Of a DNA stretch of 55,220 nucleotides, positions 39,503 to 49,684 are shown piece after piece. Position 1 is the first letter of the stretch. Each line of letters starts with the position of its first letter. Both the position numbers and the translations under genes were made by a program. This stretch comes from Dysgonamonadaceae bacterium (GTDB lineage: Bacteria; Bacteroidota; Bacteroidia; Bacteroidales; Dysgonomonadaceae): assembly GCA_029264035.1 (NCBI GenBank), contig JARICS010000076.1:1-55220 (forward strand), in the 5' to 3' direction. The notes under the pieces were generated by a model, which was given only the letters and a program-made list of their open reading frames with translations, searched no databases and was not told where the DNA came from.

Positions 39503-41899
39503 TTAATAGTTAATCGTATATCTTAGTTTAGCTCCAAATGTAGTAGGGGTTCCTTTTTGAACCAATGGATTTGTGTTGCCAGCTAAATCTCCCGCCTCAA
39601 AATAAAAAGCATTGTATGATGTGTCAAATATATTTTTAGCCCATAGTTCTAAACCAACATTTCCTTTTTCAACAGTTATACTTGCATTAGTTAGTCCATA
39701 AAAAGATTGATAGGCATCGTTTGCATCAGTCCAATAAATCTTACCTGCACCAGTATATTGAGCACTTGCTGTAACTCGGTCGATAAATGAACCATTGTCA
39801 AACGAGTGACTATAGCTTCCACCAACACTTAATGTGTGGCGTGGAGCAAAAGGAATGTAATTATCGGTATAATCTGTATCTCCAGATTTGTAGTTTTTAA
39901 ATTTAGCACTTACAAAACCATATTCTGAGAAAAAAGAAAGTGAATTAGTAGGAGCATAAGCCAAACTTAACTCTACTCCTTTGCTTGATGATTTTCCGGC
40001 ATTAGATACTGTACGACCTGCAGTGGCCTTGTCTAATAAATGAATTATTTGAATATTATCAACATCCATTGCAAACAGTGAGAAATTAGCATTCAGCTTT
40101 TTATTTAAGAAACTAAATCTACCACCAAACTCGTAATTCCAACTTGTTTCTGGATCATAAGATAGTTGTTCTTCTAGTGTTGGTGCTTTCGGCATTTCAC
40201 TATTATCAGAATCCGATGGAGGCTTTGTTCCACCTGCAGGCATTCCAGTTCCACCTCCGGAGGGCATTCCTGCAGCCATTTTTCCCATAAGGGCTTCCTG
40301 CATGGCATTCTGTAAAAGTTTTGAAAACGATTGCTCATTATATCCACCAGTTTTGTATCCTTTCGATGCCGAAAAGTAAACAAAGGCATCATCCCTTAAA
40401 TCGTATTGCAGTGCAATCTTTGGCAATACTTCCCAAAATCCTTTTGAGAAACGCCCCTCCATCAAGGTGTCACTTTTCATCGAAATTGAAGGAAGGTGAG
40501 GAGGATAGTTAGGGGGTCTTACATTAATTTCAACACCTTGAGTTTCTGTAAAATATTCAATGGCTGAGTGTTCATAATCAGCACGAATACCAAATGTAAG
40601 TGATAGCCCTTCAGCACCAAACAAATTGTTCATAGACGATTGTTGGAAAAGAGCAATTCCTTTTGACGGTTTGCGATATATTCCAGGCATTTCTATTCTA
40701 TCATTAGCATATGTAATGGATGGTTTTATTGCTGGGGGGATGTTTGAGAGTATTCTGTCTAGTTGATCTTGCAACATTCCAACCCCATCTTCTTTTAGTG
40801 CAACCGGTGTAGATACTTTTCGATAGTCATAAAATCCAAAAGCTCCCACAACCCAATTATAACGTTCCTTTTTATCAGATTTAAATGTGATTTCCTGACT
40901 GATTGAGTGTTGATTTTGTTCTTGTAAGATTGAAAATACCGAACGTGGCGAGTAATCTTGATCCATATACATTTCATCATTCAGATATTGGTAACCTGTA
41001 TTTGAGTTTATTACAAATCCGTCACCTTGGTATTTCAATGAGAGTCCCTGAGAAAACAGTTTGCGCTTGTACGAAGAGGGTTCATTGAAATTTACAGCCG
41101 TTGAGTCGATGTGCATATATGGAAAAGCACCCTGCGATACATGGTCGAAAACACTAAATAGACTGGCGCTGAAAGCATCGCTTGCCTCCAACTCTAATTT
41201 TAGTCGTCCACCTATGTTTTCAGAATCATCTGTTTTCTTGCCAGTGTAATTATTAATGAAGTAGCCATCATCCTTTTTATAATAAAGTGCAAGTGAGCTT
41301 CCAAACTTATCGCTGAACTTACTATAATTTGACATGCGAGCTTCCATTTGTCCATAGTTTCCACCACCAACTTCCACAGTACTACCCTGATAAGTGTTTG
41401 GCGATAAAGTGTATACATTTATAATACCTCCAATGGCGTTTCGGCCGTATAGTGTTCCTTGCGTTCCTCGCAACACTTCGATACGTTGAATGTCTTGAAA
41501 CTCGAAATCGAAAGCCGATGCATTGAAATAGGGAACATTGTCAACATATAAGCTCACTGTTTGTGCTCCAAGTCTTGCTCCTACGCCGCGAATATAAATA
41601 GGAGTAGATACCTTTGATCCATAATTGGGTATAAAAAAGTTAGGAACTATACCGCTCATGGATGTTAGCGAGTTCACTTGTCTGCTTTTTAGCATTTTAG
41701 GCGAAATTACCGATATTGCCGTAGGCATTCGCTTGAGCGCATTTGTTTCTTTCACTGAACTTGTAATCACAAACTCATCTAAATTGAGTGTTCTAATTGT
41801 ATCTTTGCCCTTCTCTTCATCTTCAATTGGATAGTAATTGAAAGAGAAGCCATAAATAACATTTAGTGTAAGTAGAAAAATTAAGAATAGCTTTTTCAT
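39503..41899 (-). CDS. TonB-dependent outer-membrane receptor (siderophore/metal-type, not SusC-like)
   Basis: 798 aa with a signal peptide, plug domain (LRGTQGTLYGRNAIGG), 22-strand barrel and C-terminal ...LRYTINY. Confidence 0.88.
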   Translation of the reverse strand: MKKLFLIFLLTLNVIYGFSFNYYPIEDEEKGKDTIRTLNLDEFVITSSVKETNALKRMPTAISVISPKMLKSRQVNSLTSMSGIVPNFFIPNYGSKVSTPIYIRGVGARLGAQTVSLYVDNVPYFNASAFDFEFQDIQRIEVLRGTQGTLYGRNAIGGIINVYTLSPNTYQGSTVEVGGGNYGQMEARMSNYSKFSDKFGSSLALYYKKDDGYFINNYTGKKTDDSENIGGRLKLELEASDAFSASLFSVFDHVSQGAFPYMHIDSTAVNFNEPSSYKRKLFSQGLSLKYQGDGFVINSNTGYQYLNDEMYMDQDYSPRSVFSILQEQNQHSISQEITFKSDKKERYNWVVGAFGFYDYRKVSTPVALKEDGVGMLQDQLDRILSNIPPAIKPSITYANDRIEMPGIYRKPSKGIALFQQSSMNNLFGAEGLSLTFGIRADYEHSAIEYFTETQGVEINVRPPNYPPHLPSISMKSDTLMEGRFSKGFWEVLPKIALQYDLRDDAFVYFSASKGYKTGGYNEQSFSKLLQNAMQEALMGKMAAGMPSGGGTGMPAGGTKPPSDSDNSEMPKAPTLEEQLSYDPETSWNYEFGGRFSFLNKKLNANFSLFAMDVDNIQIIHLLDKATAGRTVSNAGKSSSKGVELSLAYAPTNSLSFFSEYGFVSAKFKNYKSGDTDYTDNYIPFAPRHTLSVGGSYSHSFDNGSFIDRVTASAQYTGAGKIYWTDANDAYQSFYGLTNASITVEKGNVGLELWAKNIFDTSYNAFYFEAGDLAGNTNPLVQKGTPTTFGAKLRYTINY

Positions 41900-42223
41900 T
41901 GTCTTTCTTTATATTGTGTTTTTATTTATTACAAAGAAAAGGCTTATTTCAATGCTCATCAATCACTACATATAGTGATTTTTTTCTTTAATTGAATTTC
42001 ACCCTGACTAAAGATACTTTGGTAGGTCTGATTTTTTTAAGCTTCTCAGCTCTAATCTGTAGAGAATGTAAGACTTGATAATTTATCTCTAAGGTAAAGA
42101 TATCAAACATAAAGTTGCTATTTTTGTTTGATAGTAATCTGTCTAATCAATTTGAGAAAATATACTGATCATAAAGTGTAACTTTAAAATAGATTTTGGA
42201 CTGGAATAAGTAACGATAATATA

Positions 42224-42859
42224 ATGAATAAAATAGCTGAAATTTGGAATGAAAGATACTCCGGAAGCGATTATGTATATGGAGAAAACCCCAATGCCTA
42301 TCTTAAAGAGCAATTAGCAACTCTTTCTGTAGGAGATATTCTTTTTGTAGGCGAAGGAGAGGGACGGAATGCTGTATACGCTGCTTCTATAGGGTGGAAT
42401 GTGTCGGCATACGATATTAGTTCCGAAGGAAAGAAAAAAGCATTACAACTTGCGAGTAAACATAATGTAAACATAGATTACCATGTAGGCGATCTACAAG
42501 ATTTAAATTACGAGAGGGAGCAGTTTGATGTAATTGCATTTATTTATACTCATTTCCCGGGAGAGACAAGATCGATGATTCATAAGGTGTTGAGTCTGTA
42601 TTTACGTCCTGGCGGAACCGTCATAATGGAAGCATTTAGCAAAAAACAGATTAAAAATCAAATAAAAGGTGATGGTGGAGGAGGGCCTAAAAATATTGAT
42701 ATGTTGTATTCCCTCGAAGATATTCGGTCTGATTTTGAAAACTTCAAGATTAAGGAGCTAATTGAGACTGAAATATATTTAACTGAAGGAGACTTCCATA
42801 ATGGTATAGGTTCAGTAATACGATTTGTGGGACAGAAAGATGGCTCTGCAATGCTTTAA
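42224..42859 (+). CDS. class I SAM-dependent methyltransferase
   Basis: 211 aa with motif I ILFVGEGEGRN. Confidence 0.75.
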   Translation: MNKIAEIWNERYSGSDYVYGENPNAYLKEQLATLSVGDILFVGEGEGRNAVYAASIGWNVSAYDISSEGKKKALQLASKHNVNIDYHVGDLQDLNYEREQFDVIAFIYTHFPGETRSMIHKVLSLYLRPGGTVIMEAFSKKQIKNQIKGDGGGGPKNIDMLYSLEDIRSDFENFKIKELIETEIYLTEGDFHNGIGSVIRFVGQKDGSAML

Positions 42860-42993
42860 TCTTAAATTTGATTACAAGAAATAAACGATATTATTTCCAC
42901 TCTCTTTTCAATTGTTTTTGTTATATTGTATAGAGTATACTATGTTTATACTCCGATTTGAAAATAGCAACTGATAAAAAAACAGATTATAAA

Positions 42994-43536
42994 ATGAAAA
43001 AAGCATTATTAATAGTAGATCTTCAAAATGACTTTTGTCCAGGTGGTTCTTTGGCAATTAAAGAAGGAAATGAAATTGTACCCATTATCAATGAGTTGAT
43101 GGATAAGGTGGACCTAGTGATAACCACACAAGATTGGCATCCTCAAGATTCAACACATTTCGAGAATTGGCCTGTGCATTGTGTGGCCAATACAGAAGGG
43201 GCTAAACTCAACCCCATCTTGAATGAGCATAAAATAGACCAAATTGTATTGAAAGGTACAGGACCAGACGACCATGGCTATTCTGCCTTTGATGCTACAA
43301 ACATATCGCTTCCCGGTTATTTAAAAGAGCAAAATGTTGGTTCGCTATACATTGTAGGGCTTGCAACTGACTATTGTGTGAGAGCATCAGCTCTTGATGC
43401 ATGTAAGCTTGGTTTTCACACTTATGTGGTGACTGATGCTATAGCTGCTGTAGATTTAGAAGTGGGCGATGGCAAAAAAGCTATGGACGAAATGTACAAA
43501 GCAGGTTGTTTGCTTGTTAAATCAGATGAAATTTAG
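42994..43536 (+). CDS. pncA: nicotinamidase/pyrazinamidase (isochorismatase family)
   Basis: 180 aa from MKKALLIVDLQNDFCPGG, with DWHP and the catalytic Cys in GLATDYCV. Confidence 0.85.
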   Translation: MKKALLIVDLQNDFCPGGSLAIKEGNEIVPIINELMDKVDLVITTQDWHPQDSTHFENWPVHCVANTEGAKLNPILNEHKIDQIVLKGTGPDDHGYSAFDATNISLPGYLKEQNVGSLYIVGLATDYCVRASALDACKLGFHTYVVTDAIAAVDLEVGDGKKAMDEMYKAGCLLVKSDEI

Positions 43537-43540
43537 AATC

Positions 43541-43586
43541 AAAAAAAGCCGAGATGAAGTCAAAATAGAACTCATTTCGGCTTTTG
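43541..43586. terminator. hairpin between convergent pncA and the epimerase gene
   Basis: AAAGCCGAGATGA ... TCATTTCGGCTTT imperfect inverted repeat flanked by A and T runs. Confidence 0.55.
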
Positions 43587-43603
43587 CATTATATATTTAC
43601 ATT

Positions 43604-44770
43604 CTATCTGCTAAACTTCAACTCTTGTGCAGGTTTCACACCAATTCCGGGAAGGTCTGAAGCAATTAGTTTCCCATTTTCTAACTTTGCACCCTCAAAA
43701 CAATCGTTGGCTATAAGCAATGCTCCATCTAAGTCTGCAAAGTCGAGTCCTGCAGAGAGCTGTGATGCAGCTGATATTGCGCACGATGTTTCGGTCATGC
43801 ATCCAATCATTACTTTCATACCCAATGCTTCTGCAAGGTTGCGCATCTTCCAAGCTTCGCGCATTCCAGTACATTTCATCAATTTAATGTTGATACCTGA
43901 AAACACGCCTTTCATTCTCTCAATATCATGTAGGCGTTGCAATGACTCATCTGCAAATATGGGCAATGGACTTCTTTCAGTAAGCCATGCAGTGTTCTCA
44001 TAATCATGTTTTGGCATGGGTTGTTCTATCATCACTATGCCTTTTTCTTTCAGCCAGTGAATCATATCAAGGGCTTCATGTTTGTCTTTCCATCCTTGGT
44101 TCACATCCACAGCCATGGGTAAATCTGTAACCGAACGGATAGCCTCTATCATTCGTTTGTCATGCTCTCCCCCTACTTTTATTTTCAATATATTGAAATC
44201 GCCCATCACTTCACGTGTTTTCTCACGCACTATTTCATCAGTGTCTATTCCAATTGTAAAAGTTGTATCGGGCACTTCATATTTATTCAATCCCCACATT
44301 TTGTGCCACGGAGCCCCAATCATCTTTCCCACCAAATCGTGCAATGCAATATCAACAGCAGCCTTTGCAGCAGTGTTGTTTGCGGTGATATGATCTATGT
44401 AGTGCAAAATCTCATCTAACTGCGTTGGATCTGAAAAGGATGATAAATCTACCTTTTTAAGGAACTCAATCACCGATGCCTGCGTCTCACCCAAATAGGG
44501 TGGGAGAGAGGCCTCTCCATATCCTACCAATCCATCATATTCTATTCGGGTTAGTACTACAGGGGTAGTTTTCCGTGAAAAACCTGAAATGGTAAACACA
44601 TGTTTCAATTGTAAATCGAAGGGAGTCCAACTCAATTTCATTTTGCCAGATGTTTTGTTTTGTAGCGTTTTGTTTAATTTGTTTGTACTCATAATTTTTG
44701 ATGACGGAATTGCCAATGAAGCTGCAACCAATGCAGATGTTTTAATGAAGTTTCGTCTGTTTGAGTTCAT
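43604..44770 (-). CDS. dipeptide (L-Ala-D/L-Glu-type) epimerase, enolase superfamily, with a Tat-like signal
   Basis: 388 aa with the MLE-subgroup motifs KIKVG, DVNQGW, IEQP, ADES and KLMKCTG. The N terminus is NRRNFIKTSALVAASLA. Confidence 0.8.
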   Translation of the reverse strand: MNSNRRNFIKTSALVAASLAIPSSKIMSTNKLNKTLQNKTSGKMKLSWTPFDLQLKHVFTISGFSRKTTPVVLTRIEYDGLVGYGEASLPPYLGETQASVIEFLKKVDLSSFSDPTQLDEILHYIDHITANNTAAKAAVDIALHDLVGKMIGAPWHKMWGLNKYEVPDTTFTIGIDTDEIVREKTREVMGDFNILKIKVGGEHDKRMIEAIRSVTDLPMAVDVNQGWKDKHEALDMIHWLKEKGIVMIEQPMPKHDYENTAWLTERSPLPIFADESLQRLHDIERMKGVFSGINIKLMKCTGMREAWKMRNLAEALGMKVMIGCMTETSCAISAASQLSAGLDFADLDGALLIANDCFEGAKLENGKLIASDLPGIGVKPAQELKFSR

Positions 44771-44784
44771 AATTACAATAAAGA

Positions 44785-46014
44785 TTAAGGTGTTGTATAA
44801 TATGGATGAAGTCTTGTAGATGTGATACCTGGTGTATCCTCCGAGCCAATATAGCGCATGGTGCGCAAGTAGCGGTTGGTGTTATATTCATCATAGAGCT
44901 CACTTTCAGGGTCAAAGCTGTTGATGTGAATATAGTCGGATGCATGAATAAATTGCTGGTTGCCAATGTATATGCCAACATGCACAACCCGTTCTTTTGG
45001 ATTTTCGTCAGTTGCCTTTACTCCAAAGAACACAAGGTCGCCTTTTTGTGCATCGTCAAAGTTACCAACTCTGTCTATTTCAACTCCATATTTTATTTGT
45101 TGCGATGCATCTCGTGCAGTAACTATTCCGTGAAGCCAATAAACCGTTTTAGTAAAACCACTACAATCAAGTCCCTTTGACGAAGTTCCGCCCCACACGT
45201 AAGGCACACCCATAAGCTGTTTGGCAGTTTGAACAATGCTTTCGCCAGAGAGATCAATTTTGCTTAACCAACTGTCAACTTCTTGAGCATTTTGTTTTTC
45301 TACAAAAGCTTCTCTACCGTCAGGATATGTTACTTTGTAAAAGTCTTTCTCCTCACCATCTACTGTTAGCATATTTCCAATCACAATATCGGATATAGAT
45401 TGCGATTGAGTGTCAGCTGTAGAATATGACTTTGCATATTGCGCAATAATTACAATTTTGGGTTTAGCCAAATACGCTTGTAATTCAGCATGTTTTAGTT
45501 TATGAACAGAACCAGACATCCAGCCAATATATCCTTCAGGGGTTTGGATACGACGCCAACTTCCCGATTTGTCTAATATTCTGACAGGCATACCCATCAG
45601 AACTTGCGAAACCATCTCTGAACTATAAGCAGGTTTGCTGCGTAAGTCGGCTACCGAATTGTATATCACTCCCCAATTTTTTTCTCCAAACACCTCGTCG
45701 GGTAATAGGCGAATACTGTCTTTTATGGCTGGATATATTTCTCTCGCTTCGGTAACTAATTCTTGGTGGGCAAGGCGGCTTGTTGTTTCACCTTTCAAAA
45801 TTGATTCTTCTCCAGACTCTATTGCTTCAATCGAAAATATTTCTACACGTTTATCCGGTGCATATTTGTTTTCAATATTTTGTATCAATTTTTCCAAATC
45901 GCTTTTGGATGTAGTTGGTTCTTTGGCCATAGTGCTAAATAGTATTGTGGTGAATAGAAATAAAATACACAATTTGTTTGTCTTCATTTCATTGGGTATA
46001 TATGAATAGCTCAT
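44785..46014 (-). CDS. NlpC/P60 (C40) peptidase with N-terminal SH3b domains, YkfC-like gamma-D-Glu-L-diamino-acid endopeptidase
   Basis: 409 aa with catalytic GLDCSGF ... HVGIY. Alternative start at 45987 (MKTNKL + signal peptide). Confidence 0.8.
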   Translation of the reverse strand: MSYSYIPNEMKTNKLCILFLFTTILFSTMAKEPTTSKSDLEKLIQNIENKYAPDKRVEIFSIEAIESGEESILKGETTSRLAHQELVTEAREIYPAIKDSIRLLPDEVFGEKNWGVIYNSVADLRSKPAYSSEMVSQVLMGMPVRILDKSGSWRRIQTPEGYIGWMSGSVHKLKHAELQAYLAKPKIVIIAQYAKSYSTADTQSQSISDIVIGNMLTVDGEEKDFYKVTYPDGREAFVEKQNAQEVDSWLSKIDLSGESIVQTAKQLMGVPYVWGGTSSKGLDCSGFTKTVYWLHGIVTARDASQQIKYGVEIDRVGNFDDAQKGDLVFFGVKATDENPKERVVHVGIYIGNQQFIHASDYIHINSFDPESELYDEYNTNRYLRTMRYIGSEDTPGITSTRLHPYYTTP

Positions 46015-46139
46015 TAATTAGGTATGCAAGGTAGTAACTATTGTTTATATTTTCAACTTAAAACCAAAAAAATAATAATTCCATATTATCCTACTATTTA
46101 CCGGTAGATGCTTTCTGTTTATTATTTAATAGTTTGTAG

Positions 46140-46878
46140 GTTATGCGAACAAAGAAATAAAGATAGACAGTTTCTGTGTTAACGGTTGCTAATAAAGCAG
46201 AGTCTTAGTGACTTTATTCAAGGGCAATTTTGTAGCTTTACAATTAAATCGAACCTCAAAACTACTTTAAAATAGGTGTTTTTGTTTCTAATGAAGAGCT
46301 TTTTTTTGAAATTCACTTTATCTTCAGGTTGCCACAAATATCAATTTGGAAATATAAGAGCGTTATTATTTTCAATTCACTCAAATATGCGACATAAATG
46401 AGTTGGAAATCAAATCCACCGTCGTGGATTGAACGTTTATGTCATGAAAATTGAATCTACGGTCGTGGAAATGTTTAGAATTGCTATAATGCTGTTTTTT
46501 GGAGTAAATATTGAAGAAAAATCTCATGTAAAAATAAAAATCAGCATAAGATTGAAAAATCAACTGAAAAGAAGAGAGTTCTGCGTCGGAAATTGAACTT
46601 TTAAGAAATGGATGGAGCAAATTACTGAAACAAAACGGAAATAATGTGTTGGAAATCATTTTCCCCGTGGTGGATGCAATTTTCAACAGTTGGAAACCAT
46701 TTTGTTGGGATGCAAAATGTTTTGAATAAAATATGCGTATAGATTGACAAATACGCTCCATACATTTTAAACAATTGTTTGGGATTGGTAGTGAAAATTT
46801 AGATATTCATATTTGAATAATTATTACTCAGGATGTGTTTAGTCCACTCTCAAACTCATAATATGCAAACAGTAAAAT
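46140..46878 (-). repeat. ORF-less ~0.74-kb element, copy 2 (inverted relative to copy 1)
   Basis: Its reverse complement aligns colinearly with 9503-10240. The 126-aa ORF at 46381-46761 is low complexity and not conserved in copy 1. Confidence 0.8.
46414..46429. other. perfect hairpin/palindrome ATCCAC cgtc GTGGAT inside copy 2
   Basis: Read directly from the sequence. A second unit, TCTAC ggtc GTGGA, lies 42 nt downstream at 46456-46469. Confidence 0.8.
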
Positions 46879-47025
46879 GATCTTATGTGTAAACAAATTA
46901 ATTGCATCAAGCAGTACAATCCAAAGCAGAAGCATACTTTTGTGGGTAATTCTTAATATAGTTGCGTAAATAATATTCTGATTTATAATTTACATTTAAT
47001 TCTCTCATTCATTACTTATCGTTAA

Positions 47026-47060
47026 ACAAAAAAACGCTCTCAATTTAATGAGAACGTTTT
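47026..47060 (-). terminator. rho-independent terminator after guaB
   Basis: Minus strand AAACGTTCTC attaaatt GAGAGCGTTT followed by TTTTTGTTT. Confidence 0.7.
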
Positions 47061-47105
47061 ATGTATAATATTTAGTAGAAGTAGCTTTTCGATATTCTAC
47101 ACTAT

Positions 47106-48698
<1,593 letters not shown>

Positions 48699-48856
48699 CT
48701 ATTAAAGCTTCTCTTTTATGATATATATATAGTTGTTTAGATTATATTTTTTTGCTGTTATCTTTATTTGGTGTTGAATATCACACTTTTGCATCTCATA
48801 GTTATTTTCTATAATCGATAGAGAGCCAAATATAAATTTAATAGACAGAGATAAAC

Positions 48857-48864
48857 TATATTTG
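48857..48864 (+). promoter_or_regulatory. -7 promoter box TATATTTG for the peroxiredoxin gene
   Basis: TAnnTTTG about 32 nt upstream of the ATG at 48896. Confidence 0.5.
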
Positions 48865-48895
48865 CACCGTAATTAATTTTTAAAACAAATATTAT

Positions 48896-49537
48896 ATGTC
48901 AGTATTAGTAGGAAAAAAAGCTCCAGTATTTAGAGCAAAAGCCGTTATTAACGGTAACGATATAACAGAAGATTTTAGTTTAGATCAATATTTAGGTAAT
49001 AAGTATGTTGTATTTTTCTTTTATCCAGCAGACTTTACATTCGTATGTCCAACAGAGTTAATAGCATTTCAAAATAAAATAGCTGAGTTTGAATCACGCG
49101 ACACAGTATTAGTTGCAGCATCTACAGATTCGGCTTTCTCACATTGGAAATGGCTTCAAACCCCTCTAAATGATGGTGGTATCAAAGGAGTAAAATATCC
49201 AATTGTTGCCGATCACGATAAGACAATATCTATGGCTTATGATGTATTGGCCGGAGCATATATAGAAAATACCGAAGGAGAATTAGTCTTTGGGGGTTCT
49301 CCAGAAGCGTATCGTGGTTTGTTCTTAATTGACAAACAAGGTACAGTGAGACATCAAGTTGTAAACGATATGCCTTTGGGTCGAAGCGTTGACGAAATAT
49401 TAAGAGTTATAGATGCTCTACAGTTTACCGAAGAAAATGGTGAGGTATGTCCAGCCGATTGGAAAAAAGGAGAAAAAGCTTTGACGGCAACTCAAGAGGG
49501 GATTGCCTCTTATTTGTCAAATAGTAACGGTAAGTAG
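48896..49537 (+). CDS. typical 2-Cys peroxiredoxin (AhpC/Prx1 family)
   Basis: 213 aa with peroxidatic Cys in FTFVCPTE and resolving Cys in EVCPADW. Confidence 0.88.
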   Translation: MSVLVGKKAPVFRAKAVINGNDITEDFSLDQYLGNKYVVFFFYPADFTFVCPTELIAFQNKIAEFESRDTVLVAASTDSAFSHWKWLQTPLNDGGIKGVKYPIVADHDKTISMAYDVLAGAYIENTEGELVFGGSPEAYRGLFLIDKQGTVRHQVVNDMPLGRSVDEILRVIDALQFTEENGEVCPADWKKGEKALTATQEGIASYLSNSNGK

Positions 49538-49589
49538 GAGATCAAATATTAGCTGTAAAAATTAGGAACTCTTTTTAGTTCATATATAT

Positions 49590-49650
49590 AACAGAAAAAC
49601 TGCTCAATAGAAAATAAGAATATCTTATTTCTTTGAGCAGTTTTTCTGTT
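49590..49650. terminator. long bidirectional hairpin between convergent peroxiredoxin and SPT genes
   Basis: Perfect 18-bp arms AACAGAAAAACTGCTCAA / TTGAGCAGTTTTTCTGTT, with further pairing inside the loop. Confidence 0.7.
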
Positions 49651-49684
49651 AGTATAATCAGCCTCTCAGTGTTGAGGAGTTATT

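Noticed and set aside
41990-42080. CUGAGA-containing stretch upstream of the TonB-dependent receptor, considered as a possible TPP riboswitch.
   Set aside because: It lacks the conserved ACCUGAUCUGGAUAAUGCCAGCG-type pyrimidine-sensing helix and the paired P1/P2 architecture. Only the hexamer matches.
46107-46117. GATGCTTTCTG just beyond copy 2 resembles GATGGCTTTCTG near the guaB 3' end (47162-47173). This hints at a displaced guaB 3' remnant parallel to the copy 1 footprint.
   Set aside because: The match is only about 11/12 nt with weak flanking similarity, too short to separate from chance by eye. It needs a computed local alignment.
46402-46687. CRISPR-like look of the motif units (GTTG...hairpin...ATTGAAC and GTTGGAAAT...ATTTTCAAC, about 33-40 nt, reminiscent of Bacteroidota direct repeats).
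   Set aside because: There are only three units per locus, spaced about 42 nt and about 245 nt apart rather than at a regular repeat-spacer period. The units are only loosely similar to each other, and no cas genes are in the window.
48809-48859. ATAG/CTAT tetrads upstream of the peroxiredoxin promoter, considered as an OxyR site.
   Set aside because: Tetrad spacing (about 9, 23 and 15 bp) does not fit the regular ~11-bp phasing of the enterobacterial OxyR motif. The Bacteroidota OxyR motif is not known to me well enough to call.
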